Positions 51,801 to 64,000 of a stretch of 64,000 bases of DNA are shown here, piece after piece (the stretch's first letter is position 1; every line of letters starts with the position of its first letter). A program made the position numbers and the translations under genes. The notes below the pieces were generated by a model, which saw only the letters and a program-made list of their open reading frames with translations, did no database searches and was not told where the DNA came from. Source of the stretch: Felis catus (lineage: Eukaryota); NCBI RefSeq assembly GCF_018350175.1, contig NC_058368.1:64916001-64980000 (forward strand). The letters run 5' to 3'.

Positions 51801-52475
51801 TTTCTTTTTTTTAATTTTTATTATTTATTTATTTATATTTTTTCAATATATGAAGTTTATTGTCAAATTGGTTTCCATACAACAGCCAGTGCTCATCCCA
51901 AAAGGTGCCCTCCTCAATACCCATCAGCCACCCTCCCCTCCCTCCCACCCCCCATCAACCCTCAGTTTGTTCTCAGTTTTTAAGAGTCTCTTATGCTTTG
52001 GCTCTCTTCCACTCTAACCTCTTTTTTTTTTTCCTTCCCCTCCCCCATGGGTTTGTGTTAAGTTTCTCAGGATCCACATAAGAGTGAAACCATATGGTAT
52101 CTGTCTTTCTCTGTATGGCTTATTTCACTTAGCATAACACTGTCCAGTTCCATCCACGTTGCTACAAAAGGCCAGATTTCACTCTTTCTCATTGTCAAGT
52201 AGTATTCCATTGTGTATATAAACCACAATTTCTTTATCCATTCACCAGTTGATGGACATTTAGGCTCTTTCAATAATTTGGCTATTGTTGAAAGTGCTGC
52301 TATAAACATTGGGGTACAAATGCCCTATGCATCAGTACTCCTGTATCCCTTGGGTAAATTCCTAGCAGTGCTATTGCTGGGTCATAGGGTAGGTCTATTT
52401 TTAATTTTCTGAGGAACCTCCACACTGTTTTCCAGAGTGGCTGCACCAGTTTGCATTCCCAGCAACAGTGCAAGA
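51801..52475 (-). mobile_element. Felid L1 3' end, 5'-truncated
   Basis: Track ORF 52067-52309 is the ORF2 C-terminus (MFIAALSTIAKLLKEPKCPSTGEWIKKLW); same 3' UTR type as 48216-48504; T-rich tail at left. Confidence 0.95.
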
Positions 52476-52476
52476 A

Positions 52477-52718
52477 AAATTTTAATATTTATTTATGTAT
52501 GTATGTATGTATGTATGTATGTATGTATTTATTTTGAGAGAGACAGAGTACACGAGTGAAGGGAGGGGCAGAGAGAGAGAGAAAAGAGAGAATCCCAGGC
52601 AAGCTCTACACTGACAGAGCAAAGCCCAATTCCAGGTTCATTCTCATGAACAATGAGATCATGACCTGGGCCAAAATCAACAATCATATGCTAACCGAGT
52701 GGGCCACGCAGGTGTCCC
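52477..52718 (-). mobile_element. Older SINEC (Fc3-like) with (GTAT)n in its tail
   Basis: gagagagaatcccaggcaagctctacactg...gagatcatgacctgggccaaaatcaa...gccacgcaggtgtccc. Confidence 0.88.
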
Positions 52719-52899
52719 TTCTGATTTTTTAATTACTTGGCTTTTAATATCATCACTGTGTGTTAATAATACTAATGATCAGTATTATTGAACAAGTCAT
52801 TAGGTTAGTAAGGCCTAGTTCTTCCAATATATCTGGTTTTTAAATCCGCAATTTAATGATAGAATATGTGAAGAGAATCTTTTCCCATGAAGCAACAAA

Positions 52900-53580
52900 A
52901 CTTTTAAGTTTTACTGTGAAAATATTTTACATATGGAAAAGAATGGTGAATAATCTACTGAACCTCCTTGTATTCATTACCAACTCCAATAATTCTGGCC
53001 AATCTTATTTCATTTATATTCCATCCATTTCTCCCCAATCCATATTATTTTGATTTCCAGATATCATTTTATCCACAGATATTTCAAAATATATGCATAA
53101 GAGAAAATTAGTTGCAACACCATAACTATACTAAAATTTTAAGCACTTTCTCTTTAATACTATCAAATATTCACTGTGTGCTCAATTTTCTGAATAATCT
53201 CAATTTTTTTTAGGTTGGTTGTCCAAATCAGTATAAAAATAAAGTCTGTGTTGCAATTAGTTATTATATCTCTTAAAAACTATGTGACCTGTAACTTCCT
53301 CCTCTCTCTAGTTTTCTTTACAATTTATTTATTTTAAAAATTTGGGTCAATTGTCCCAGAGTAATGTTCCATAGTACAGATTTTACTGAACATATCCCAG
53401 TGATATTGCTTAACATGTTCCTTCTCCCTATATTTGCTTTACATGGTTAGCAAGATCTAGAGATTGGATCAGATAAAAGTTCAGGTGTCTTTTGTTTGTT
53501 TTGTTTTGTTTTGTTTTGTTTTTGTCTAACATACTTCACCAAGTGGTCTTGGATACTTCCATTCAAAGGAATTTTGTCTG
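52900..53580 (-). mobile_element. L1MC4/5-like 3' UTR
   Basis: tggccaatcttatttcatttatattcca...ccagatatcattttatcca...ctatcaaatattcactgtgtgctcaatttt; includes (GTTTT)n near 53492-53524. Confidence 0.65.
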
Positions 53581-53776
53581 AGTTTTCGCTCAGAAGTAGT
53601 TTACTCTGCTTTACTTATTAATATTTAGAACAAATAATCCTTTATCGTCACATGGCACTTTATAATTTTGAGATTATTTTTACATACACAAATACACTCA
53701 TTTTTACTCTATCCTTGTAAAGTAGATGTTAGGTCCAGGATTTGATTCTACCCAATTACAAACTAATAAATTGACC

Positions 53777-54190
53777 TGTTATCATTCATGAATGCTGGCA
53801 GAAGATAACAGACTCATAGGTCAGAGAATAAGTAATGCATTACTAATGGCACAACAATCAGCATGAACGTCAGCATAATTCTGTTGCTTTCTTTTTCTTC
53901 TAAGTTCCATGTGAGTAGCATAAAATGGCCCAAATGAATTCTACACATGCAGTGAGTTTCGGTCATAGCTGAGTAACACTTAGCTTGAGGGATCCACTAA
54001 ATTTATAGCAAGCAGTAAGCCCTCATGCTCTTTGTCCAGGAGAGGAATAATTCTCTCATCTCTCAAGTTTACCAGGTGCATAAACAACCTTAAAAAATGT
54101 CCCATGGAAGAGTGGTCAGAGCCTTGCAGGCACACCCAGAAAGACAAGTAGAATTGCTATAGGCCCAAGGAGAAATATTATCTCTCAACA
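53777..54190 (-). mobile_element. ERVL solo LTR (LTR40/LTR41-like), lying between MIR-like pieces
   Basis: TG...CA ends; tcatgaatgctggcagaagataacagactcataggtcagag motif; MIR-like text at ~53645-53730 and 54195-54302. Confidence 0.65.
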
Positions 54191-54549
54191 ATAGCTATGA
54201 TAGACTGTTTTCTTATTTTTCCACTGAGGATATTAAGAGTCCTTGTGAATTAGGGTCACACAGTAAACAGCAAAGCCAGGAATAAAACCTAAGCCTTCTG
54301 ACCTGTGACATGTACACCATTAAAGAGGGAACTGAAAAAAAAAAATCAACTTATCACAGGGAAGTAACAAGGAGACTCTTCTTTGATCAGGATTTAAATA
54401 GAAAATTCAGGGGAAAATGAAAATAAATAATCATATGCCTGAATTAATTTGATTTAACATTTCAAATTTGCATTATTAGTATAATATAGGAACCTCCAAG
54501 ATGATGTCTGTGTGCTTCTAAAAGAAACAAATATAAAGCAATTGCAGAA

Positions 54550-55151
54550 AACCACACCATCAATCAAATGTCACAGAATTGCTCAGATTCAAGTCCCAAG
54601 AAATTTGGGCACAAATGTGAAAATACAAAATACACGGGAAAATAACATAATCATAAGCAGAGACAGCAAGCATGAAGGAACTTCAGTTAATAGAACAATT
54701 TGATAGACACCATATCATAAGAATCTTTAAAATGTTTAAAAAGAAAAATTCAAAATCATAAGAAATAAATGAGACATAAAATATAACTATTTGAAAAACT
54801 CTAAAACTTCAAAAAGTAAAAAGAACAGTCATGAAAAATAAAATCTCAAATAATGAGAAAGTTTCACATCAGACAAAATTAAAAAGAGAATAAACTAAAA
54901 GATGAACCTAAAAAATTTTCTCAAAAGTCAACACAACAAGATAAAAGATGGAGCAGATGAAAGAGATTTGCAGGCATAGCAGATAAAGTGGAAACATTTA
55001 AGGCTCCTACAATAAGAATTCCCGATTGAGAGGACAGAAGATACAAATTTTCTGTACTTAATGAAACAATGTAAATCTTCAGATTTCTAAATCTCAATCT
55101 CAATCTCAAATAAATCCAAACCTAGACATATCACAGTGACATTTAAAGAAA
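54550..55151 (+). mobile_element. Old L1ME/HAL1 ORF1-like remnant (continues at 58066-58330)
   Basis: taaatccaaacctagacatatcacagtg joins acaaaagaaagattttaaaggcaaccagagaaaatagattacct, an ORF1 (PRHI.V...KEKILKA.RE)-like stretch. Confidence 0.6.
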
Positions 55152-56876
55152 TGACAAGATTCAGCATTCATTCACGATAAAAACTCTCAACAAAGTGGGA
55201 TTAGAGGAAACATACTGCAGCATAATAAAGGCCACATATTAAAACCCACAGCTGACCTCATACTCAATGGTAGAAAACTGACAGTTTTCCCTCTAATGCC
55301 AGAACAAGACAAGGATGTCCACTTTCATCACTGTTGTTTGACATAGTACTAGAAGTCCTAGCCACAGCAATCAGACAAGAAAAAGAGTAAGAGGCATCCA
55401 CACTGGTTGAAGAAGGAGGAGGAGGAAGAGACGGAGGGAGGAGGAGGAGGGGAGGGAGGAAGAGAAAGAAGAGGAAGAAAAAGCATCAACTAAACTTTCA
55501 CTGTTTGCAAATGACATGATTCTGTACATTAAAAATGCTAGCTCTGTCTCTCTCTCAAGAATGAATGAATGAATGAATGAATGAATGAATGAATGAATGA
55601 ATAGGCACCTGGGTGGCTCAGTTGGTTAAGCGTCCGACTTTGGCTCAGGTCATGATCTCATTGCTTGTGAGTTCAAGCCCCAAGTCCAGCTCTGTGCTGA
55701 CAGCTCAGAGCCTGGAGCCTGCTTCAGATTCTGTGTCCCTCTCTCACTCTAACTGTCCCCCACTTATGCTCCATCTCTCTCTCTCTCTCTCTCAAGAGTA
55801 AAGAAACATTTTTAAAAAATAATTAAGAAAAAAGAAAATCCTAAAAACTCCACCAAGAAACTACTCAAAGTAATAATTAAGTAAAGTGGCAGGATGCAAA
55901 ATACATATCCAGAAATCAGTATGTGTTTCTATATAATAATAAGTCATGGAAACAGCAATTAGAAAACGAGAAAACAGTAACATTTACAATTGTACCAAAA
56001 AGAATAAAATACCTAGGAATAAACTTAAGGAGATGAAGACTTGTACTCTGAAAACTATAAAACACTGATGAAAGACATTGAAGATGACACAAATGGAAAA
56101 ACATTCCATTGTTCATCGATTGGAAAAATTAATATTGTTAGCATGTCTATATTACCCAAACCAATGTACAGAGTCAGTGAAATCTCTATCAAAATACCAA
56201 TAGCATTTTTCACAGAATTAGAATAATACTAAAATTTGTATGGAACTACCAAAGACCCTGAATAGTCAAAGCAATCTGGGAAAGAGAAACAAAACTGGAG
56301 ATATCACAATCCCAGTTTTCAAGATATGCTCCAGAGCTGTAGTAACCAAAACAGTATGATCCTGGCTCAATAATAGACACATAGGTTAATGGAACAGAAT
56401 AGAGAGCCCGGAAATGAACCCATGCTTGTATAGTCAATTAATTATTAAAAAGGAGGCAAGAATATACCATGGAAAAAAGACAATCTCTTTAACAAATGGT
56501 GTTGGGAGAACTGGAGAGCTAAAGGCAGAAGAAAGAATTAAAAAGGACCACTTCCTTATACCATACACAAAAATAAACTAAAAATGGATTAAAAACATAA
56601 ATGTGAGACCTGAAAACATAAAAATCTAGAAGGGAACACAGGCAATAAATTCTCTGACATCAGCTATAGCACCATTTTTATACAAATGTTTCCTAAGGCA
56701 GAGGAAACAAAAGCAAAATCAAACCATTGAGACTACAGCACAACAAAATCTTTTGCACAGAAAATGAAACCATAAAGAAAAGAAAGAGACAACCTACTGA
56801 ATGTGAGAAGATGTTTGTAAATGATATGTCTTATAAGGGGTTAATATCCAAAATACATAAAGAACTTAAGAACTCA

Positions 56877-56927
<51 letters not shown>

Positions 56928-57822
56928 TCCAATTAAACAATTGACAGAGGATCTGAATAGCCATTTTTCCAAAAGACACATGGATGGCCAAAATGCATGA
57001 AAAGATGCTCAACATTACTAATTATCATGAAAATACAAATTAAAACCACACTAACATATCACCTCACACCTGTTAGATTGGCTAAAATCAAGAAGACAAG
57101 AAATAATTGGCAAGGATGTGGAGAAAAAAGAACCCTCATGCACTGTTGGTGAGCATGTAAATTGGTGCCACCATACGGAAAACAGTATGGAGCTTTCTCA
57201 AAAAATCAAAAATGGGAATACTGTACGATCCAGTAATTCCACTATTGGGTATTTACCCAGGGAGAATGAAAATACTAATGCAAAAAGATATATGTGCCCC
57301 TATGTCTATCACAGCATTATTTACAATAGCGAAGACATGGAAGCAACCTAAGTGTCCATACACACACACACACACTGGAGTATTATGCAGCCATAAAAAA
57401 TGAGATTGTGCCAGTTGAGACAACATGGATGGACCTAGAGGGTATTATGCTAAGTGAAATAAGTAAGACTGAGAAAGACAAATACCATATGATTCCACTC
57501 ATAAATGTGATCTTAAAAATTAAATAAGCAAAAATTAGAATCGGAACTAAAATTACAGAGAACTGATGGCTGCCAGAGGGGAAGGGTGCAGAGGTTGCAC
57601 AAAATGGGTGAAGAACAAAGGGAGATACAGGCCTCCAGTGATGGAATGAGTCATAGAAATAAAAAGCAGAGCATAAGAAATACAGTTAGTGATGTTGTAA
57701 TAGTGATGCAATGGGACAGATGGTAGCTCTATATTTGTGGTGAACATAGCATAATGTATACACTTGTCTAATACTAAGTTGTACACCTGAAACTAATGTA
57801 ACATTCTGTGTCCACTCTACTC
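55152..57822 (+). mobile_element. 5'-truncated carnivore L1 (L1_Carn5-like), ORF2 RT to 3' UTR
   Basis: ORF2 peptides (YSENYKTLMKDIEDDT, YDPVIPLLGIYP, TIAKTWKQPKCP); 3' UTR ending gttgtacacctgaaactaatgtaacattctgtgtc; contains a GA-rich expansion 55410-55482, SINEs, and (CA)n 56881-56925. Confidence 0.93.
55541..55834 (+). mobile_element. SINEC tail remnant + (GAAT)n + full SINEC_Fc2, inside the L1
   Basis: gctctgtctctctctcaagaatgaatg..., then ggcacctgggtggctcagttggttaagcgtccgactttggctcagg at ~55604; TSD-like aaaatgcta / aaaatccta. Confidence 0.9.
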
Positions 57823-57839
57823 ACAAAAGAAAGATTTTA

Positions 57840-58065
57840 TTTTTTTTTTAATTTTTTTTTTTCAACGTTTATTTATTTTTGGGACAGAGAGAGACAGAGC
57901 ATGAACGGGGGAGGGCCAGAGAGAGAGGGAGACACAGAATCGGAAACAGGCTCCAGGCTCTGAGTCATCAGCCCAGAGCCTGACGCGGGGCTGGAACTCA
58001 CGGACCTCAAGATCGTGACCTGGCTGAAGTCGGACGCTTAACCGACTGTGCCACCCAGGCACCCC
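57840..58065 (-). mobile_element. Young SINEC_Fc with a 17-bp TSD
   Basis: CpG-retaining antisense SINE with a long T tail; TSD acaaaagaaagatttta at 57823-57839 and 58066-58082. Confidence 0.97.
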
Positions 58066-58359
58066 ACAAAAGAAAGATTTTAAAGGCAACCAGAGAAAAT
58101 AGATTACCTATGAAGAACTTAAAGAAACAAATATTTGTTGGCAAATATTGATGCCAAAAAATAATGGAATATTTCAAACAGACAAAAATTATTATAATAA
58201 ATTTCATAAGGTACAATTTCATTTAAAAGTTAGAGGAAAAATATTATCTTTCTTATTTACAAAAATCTATAAATATCACTCAGATACACACTGAAAAAAA
58301 ATGGTATGGAAGAAGAAAATTTCACCAGATAGAAGGATATAGATTCAGTAACTTATTAC

Positions 58360-58470
58360 CTTCTTGAACAAAGATTTATTGAACATCTTTTATATGCCAG
58401 GCATTTTTCTTGCTACTGAGATTGTAACTATCCACAAAGCAATAATGTCTTTTATTTTCTCTAGTTGAAG
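58360..58470 (-). mobile_element. LINE-2 3' end
   Basis: aacaaagatttattgaacatcttttatatgccaggcatt. Confidence 0.6.
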
Positions 58471-58632
58471 TGACTAAATCATGCAATAATAGTAATAGAA
58501 TGTGGATTGTTTTTTAAATAATTTTGATATTCTTTTATAGTACAGTTTAAAAGCATGGTCCATATTCTCAGTCTCTTAACCATCCCAGTCTGTGTTAAGC
58601 ATGAACTTTGCCTCTCATGCTGAACCAATATG

Positions 58633-59044
58633 CAGATGGTCCCTGACTTACAGTGGTTCAGCTTATGATTTTTTAACTTCACGATACGTGGTACATACTC
58701 TCTGGTGATGCTGGATAGAGACAGCAAGCCACAGCTCTGAGTCAGCCATGTGATCACAAGGTAATGAATCCATACACTGACAAACATTCTGTAACCATAC
58801 AACCATTCTGTGTTTCACTTTCGGTACAGTATTTAATAAATTACACTAGATAGTCAGGACTTTATTATAAAATAGGCTTTGTGTTATTTTGCCCAACTAT
58901 AGGCTAAGTGTTCTGAGCATGTTTAAGGTAGGCTAGTCTAAGCCATATTGATAGGTTAGATGTATTCAATGCATTTTCAACTTACGATATTTTAAATTTA
59001 CTATGAGTTTATCAGGACAGAGCCCATTGTAAGTTGAAGATCTG
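58633..59044 (-). mobile_element. MER82-like non-autonomous TcMar-Tigger DNA transposon
   Basis: Imperfect TIRs cagatggtccctgacttacagtgg / ccattgtaagttgaagatctg, TA at the right flank, characteristic body tttattataaaataggctttgtg...gtttaaggtaggctag. Confidence 0.85.
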
Positions 59045-60330
59045 TACTTCCTCTTATGAAACAATAAAAGCTATGCAATCCCTTAGAACCACAGACTAGA
59101 TTTTCCAGTATAATTCTCTCGCCCTCCCAGAATTCAGCAAACACTCATCAAACTGAACTCAGTTGAGTCTATTTGATTTGAATTAAACTCATCTAGGTAT
59201 ATCTGTGCTTAAATGGCAAAATAAAGTTAGTAAGAGGAAAATGAATGGCAAACAATATAAACATTATAGAGCTGAATTTGGGACTGAAGAAAGACAAAGA
59301 CATTTCCAAAGGCATTCAACTTCCTTCCACTCTTTTGGTATTCTTAGAGAGAATCTTAGATGGATAGCACATATAAAAATAGCTCACACCTGAAGGGTTA
59401 GATCACAAAGAGCAAACAGATCAAAAGCAGGATGTGGCTCTGCATTTTATAATGTCTAAAGAGAGAAAGGTTTCTTGGTTCATTAACCATATATCACTCA
59501 TTACTTCCAAATATTACAAGTGCATGACATCGTCTTTGTCTTTGAAAAAAACAGCTGTAATCTGACTAACTCTGTCATCGATGTTGCTAAATGACAAGTA
59601 AGAAAATTACACAGCTGATGTAACTGTGTAGCTTAACTCTTTTTAAAGTAACTATTTACAGAATAACAGTGCAACTACTATCTTTATACAGAAGACAGAA
59701 TCTTAGGACAGAGGGATGGGACCACAGATGGTCAGGATTTTCCCACCCAACACTTACCATTGACTGTTAAGCAGTAATAGGATTTAAGTAATTATGATTT
59801 AGGATAACAGTGCTGGAGGAGACTTTAAAGATATCTACTCCAACTACCTTGCTTTACAAATGAAGAAACTAAGGACTCTAAAGGAGCACAGTGCCAAACA
59901 GACTAATTGATTTTATAATTGATTATTATTTATTGTTATTGTGTTATAAGGCTACTATTTAAGAACTTTGTTTATAACCAAGATTCTTTGTTATACTAAT
60001 TCTCTGAAAGAATTTACAATGAAAAAAAGTATTGTGTAGTAATCAGGTATCAGTTTTCCTAGCAGAATGAAAATTTACTTGGTGATATTTCTGCTGCTAG
60101 AATGCTGATTCTCATCTACAACATGATATATTGTGAAATGTTCTAATTAAAACTCACACGCCACATAAAACAGGCATGGAAATAAACGAGGGTCCCCAAG
60201 CACAGAGTGTGAAAGACAAGTATAGATATTATGAAAAGTTGGCTTAACCAGAGTCAATCCTAACAGGAACCTAAAAGTGTAACCAATTTAACAAATCTTT
60301 TTATAGTTTTATTTTATTTTCACAAGGCAA

Positions 60331-60332
<2 letters not shown>

Positions 60333-60369
<37 letters not shown>
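60333..60369. repeat. (TG)n microsatellite
   Basis: Directly visible. Confidence 0.95.
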
Positions 60370-60371
<2 letters not shown>

Positions 60372-61072
60372 AGTCCCTCATTTTATTCACTTGAGCAATG
60401 AGTATTATGACTTGGACACAAGTAGGTCACACCACAAAGTAAACAATTAGTCAATTATTTTTTTACTTCCCAAGGACACTAACCCGGTATTTTGGAATAT
60501 TTTGATCAGTGTTATCTATAAAACATACATGAATATATGGTAAAAAGATATACAAAAAGTGCCTAGTAAAATTCCTGGAACTATATAGAAAGCTAACACA
60601 TGTTTACAGAATTGAAATATTTATACCTGTAAACGCCCAGTACATTTCCAAGTGAGAAGGCTTATCTCTCAAACACTTGAGAACAAAGAGTGTTCCTCAA
60701 AATTTTATATTCTCATGTCAATGCTACTCAAAGATACAACTGGGAGGAAAAGTATTTCTGAATCTCTCTTTACCTCTTTCTGTGCATGACCAAGTAACCA
60801 TCACAGCTGCATTTGGGCCCCAAGTCTTCTACTTGTTGCTTCCATCTTTCCTTCCCAGCAAATGTTGAGGAAAATTATTGAAATGACCATTCAATGATCA
60901 TAACAGCTTGTATTGTTTTAATCCCTCTCCTGATGCAGTAGCATACATTTTGGTCCATAAAAGAAAATTATATGCTTTTTATGTGATGCGTTTTACTATG
61001 CATTTAAAATATACAAAATTAAAGCATAAACCTTTTGGTAAACTGAATATTTCAAACATTTAAAATAGGAAA

Positions 61073-62050
61073 GAAAAACAGACACATAGATCAGTGGAAC
61101 AGAATAGAGAACCCAGAAACGGACCCACACCTATATGGTCACTCTTATCTTCGACAAAGCAGGAAAAAATACCCAATGGAAAAAAAGACAGTCTTTTCAA
61201 CAAATGGTTCTGGGAAAACTGGACAGCAACATGCAGAAGAATGAAATTAGACCACCTTCTCACACCACACAAAAATATAAGCTCAAAATGGATGAAAGAC
61301 CTAAATGTGAGACAGGAAACCATCAAAATCCTAGAGGAGAACACAGGCAGCAACCTCTTTGACCTCAGCCACAGCAACTTCTTACTAGACATGTCGCTGT
61401 AGGCAAGAGAAACGAAAGCAAAAATGAACAATTGGGACTTTATCAATATAAAAAGCTTCTGCACAGCAAAGGAAAAAATCAACAAAACTAAAAGGCAACC
61501 TATGGAATGGGACAAGATATTTGCAAACGACGTATTAGATAAAGGGCTAGTATCCCAAATCTATAAAGAACTTATAAAGTAAATAATCCATTCAATAAAT
61601 TGGCAGAAGACTTGAAGAGATATTTCTCCAGGGAAGACAAATTGCTAACAGACACATGAGAAAATGCCAACATCACTCATCATCATAGAAATACAAGTCA
61701 AAATGAGATACCACTTCACACCTGTCAGAATGGCTAAAATTAACAACTCAGGAAACCATAGATGTTGGCGAGAATGCGGAGAAAGGGGAACACTTTTGCA
61801 CTCCTGGTGGAATGCATACTGGTGCAGCCACTCTGGAAAACAGTAAGGATGTTCCCCCAAAAGTTAAAAGTAGAACCACCCTACAACCCAGCAATTACAC
61901 TACCAAATATTTACCCAAAGGATACAAAAATACAGATTCAAAGGGATACATGCACCCCAGGGTTTATAGCAGCATTATCAACAATAGCCAAACTATGAAA
62001 AACAAGAGTCAACTACTGATGAATGCATAAAGAAGATATGGGGAATACTC

Positions 62051-62098
<48 letters not shown>

Positions 62099-62485
62099 AA
62101 GCGAAATAAGTGTGTGTATAAGCGAAATGAGTCAGTCAGAAAAAAGACAAATACCATATGATTTCACTCATATGTGGAACTTAATAAACAAAACAGATAA
62201 ACATAGGGGAAGGAGGAATAAAATAATATTAAAACAGAGAGGAGGCCAAACCATAAGAGACTCAATTATAGAGAACAAACTGTGGGTTGATTGAAGGAAG
62301 TGAAGGAAGGATGTGCTAGATGGGTGATGGGTACTAAGGAGGGCATTCATTGGGATAAGCACTGGGTGTTCTATATAAGTGATGAATCACTAGATTCTAC
62401 TACTGAAATAAATACTACACTATATGCTATATGCTAACTAACTTGAGTTTAAATAAAATATTGGGGAGAAAAAATAATAAATAAA
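61073..62485 (+). mobile_element. 5'-truncated carnivore L1 (ORF2 C-terminal part and 3' UTR), with (TG)n at 62054-62095
   Basis: [25 protein letters not shown]...[34 protein letters not shown]; 3' end tatgctaactaacttgagtttaaataaa. Confidence 0.93.
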
Positions 62486-64000
62486 ATATGATAAAGGAGC
62501 ATCCCCAGAGAATGCAAACTTGTGTCTTTAACTGCAATGCTATTCTGGATGGATTTTTATCATTGTGCTGAGCCTGAAAGAGTGCAGTTGTTTTATTTAG
62601 TATTTAGTCTTATAACAATGTGAGGAAGAAAGTACTGGCTCTTTCAGAGTAATTAGCTGCATGTCCAGAACTTTGGACTGTCTACATTTCTTGGAAATAA
62701 AAACAATAAAATATTTAATTTGATTGACTAAATCACATAAATCTAATTACCCCTAAATGATATTTTTCTCATAATTAAACTAATTAATTCTTTGCCATAA
62801 TCTCAGTGCCAGTATGGTCACACTAGAATAAGAAAATCTTTAGTAGATAGGAGTCCAAATTTTCTAAATGATAAAAGTTCATTGTGCAGCCTCTCATCCA
62901 AAATCTGCATATAGTCTATACAAAAGGAATTTCTTTTATAAGAAAAAGAATGATCAGATATTATATGCTGAAAATGGAAAATTTATGTTAAGTTCACCTG
63001 AATTCTATTCTCATTAAGTTCTCTTCCAGTGAATATAAGCATTTAAATTTATATAAAGATGTAGAGTGATACAAGGGGTAATTTTAATGAGATTTCCTGT
63101 TGCTCTCAATTCCTAGAAGCAGTTTTTATTTCAGCTTTATCATAGCAGTTATGCTTGTACAACCCTGATATAAAATGTCCTTCTTATTATAGCTTGACAT
63201 GGTAGCTCACCTATAAAGCCTACGTGTGAAATATTAATTTTTAGGTGGGTTGTACAAATATAACTGAAATATGCTAAGCATTTCTTAGTCTTCCAAGAAA
63301 TAAATGTGAAATAAAATAGTATTAAATCAACTATTAGTAACAGCCATATTATATTAACTAGCATAGCAGAACAAAGGTGAAAAGAGATTTGAAAAAAAAA
63401 AAAACTAAGCAAACAAGTATGTTTTCACTGTAAAGGAAATTCTTTGGGACTTCAAATAAAAATCACTCTATTTTATTTTGCATCATCCATGAAAGTTTTG
63501 CAACTAGAACCCAGTTGGTAATTACAGAACATTCTCATGAACACCATTGGTGCGTACTTGCCAAAGAGGCCACTAGAGAGGAGCAAACATTTGCTTCTGA
63601 CATGTCCCCACATCAATAAAGTATAATTTTCCCAAGATACTCCATTAGTCCAATTGCCTATTGCTTCCATAAGTATTAAAGGACTGAAGGAAAAAAAATT
63701 ACTATTTCTGAACAGATGTTTACTAATATATTCTTTAAAATTCTAAATATTACTAACACCTAAAATGAGAATAAATAAAGAAGGAAAAAGAACTAAGTGA
63801 ATGATGTGAATGATGCCTTCCTATGTCTTTCTCCATTTTTAAAATACTGAATATAAAGATCCTACTTTAGGTTAATCAGATCAAGATCTCCAGTGACAGG
63901 AGCGGAGTATTTGAAGTTGTATACTCTGGGTAAATGCTAATGCGCAGCTAAGGTTGAAATCAACTGGCAGAGTTACACAGGGTTTCCTAGAGCCCTTTAC

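Noticed and set aside
61060..61998. Longest ORF (151 aa, minus strand) and its neighbours
   Set aside because: Antisense and sense readings of a decayed L1 ORF2.
63566..63585. CTCF-like ggccactagagaggagc (and similar partial matches near 2123 and 33942)
   Set aside because: Mismatches or spacing errors in the conserved GGC part of the core.
1..64000. Inferring host-gene strand from repeat orientation; CRISPR or prokaryote-type systems
   Set aside because: Large L1s are mostly plus while LTRs and several L1s are minus, so the signal is inconclusive. There are no repeat-spacer arrays or operon-like ORFs, and the DNA is mammalian.

Overview
This is AT-rich, repeat-dense mammalian nuclear DNA, almost certainly from a feliform carnivore (cat family), because it carries many tRNA-derived SINEC_Fc-type SINEs and felid/carnivore-type LINE-1 3' ends. 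I see no recognisable host protein-coding gene, RNA gene or CpG island, so it reads as a long intron or an intergenic region. The longer ORFs in the track are decayed L1 ORF2 fragments or chance ORFs. The main structure is an ~11 kb nested LINE-1 cluster (15.2-26.3 kb): two L1s that keep their 5' ends but lack ORF1, each inserted in an older L1, one of which is 5'-inverted. Other points of interest are a second 5'-inverted L1, a young tail-less SINE, an ~0.9 kb (TA)-rich tract with an internal ~150 bp direct repeat, and a candidate 39-nt minus-strand micro-exon. I found no convincing new biological system. Repeat subfamily names are recognised by eye from remembered consensus sequences and need RepeatMasker/Dfam confirmation. 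Boundaries of old elements are approximate.
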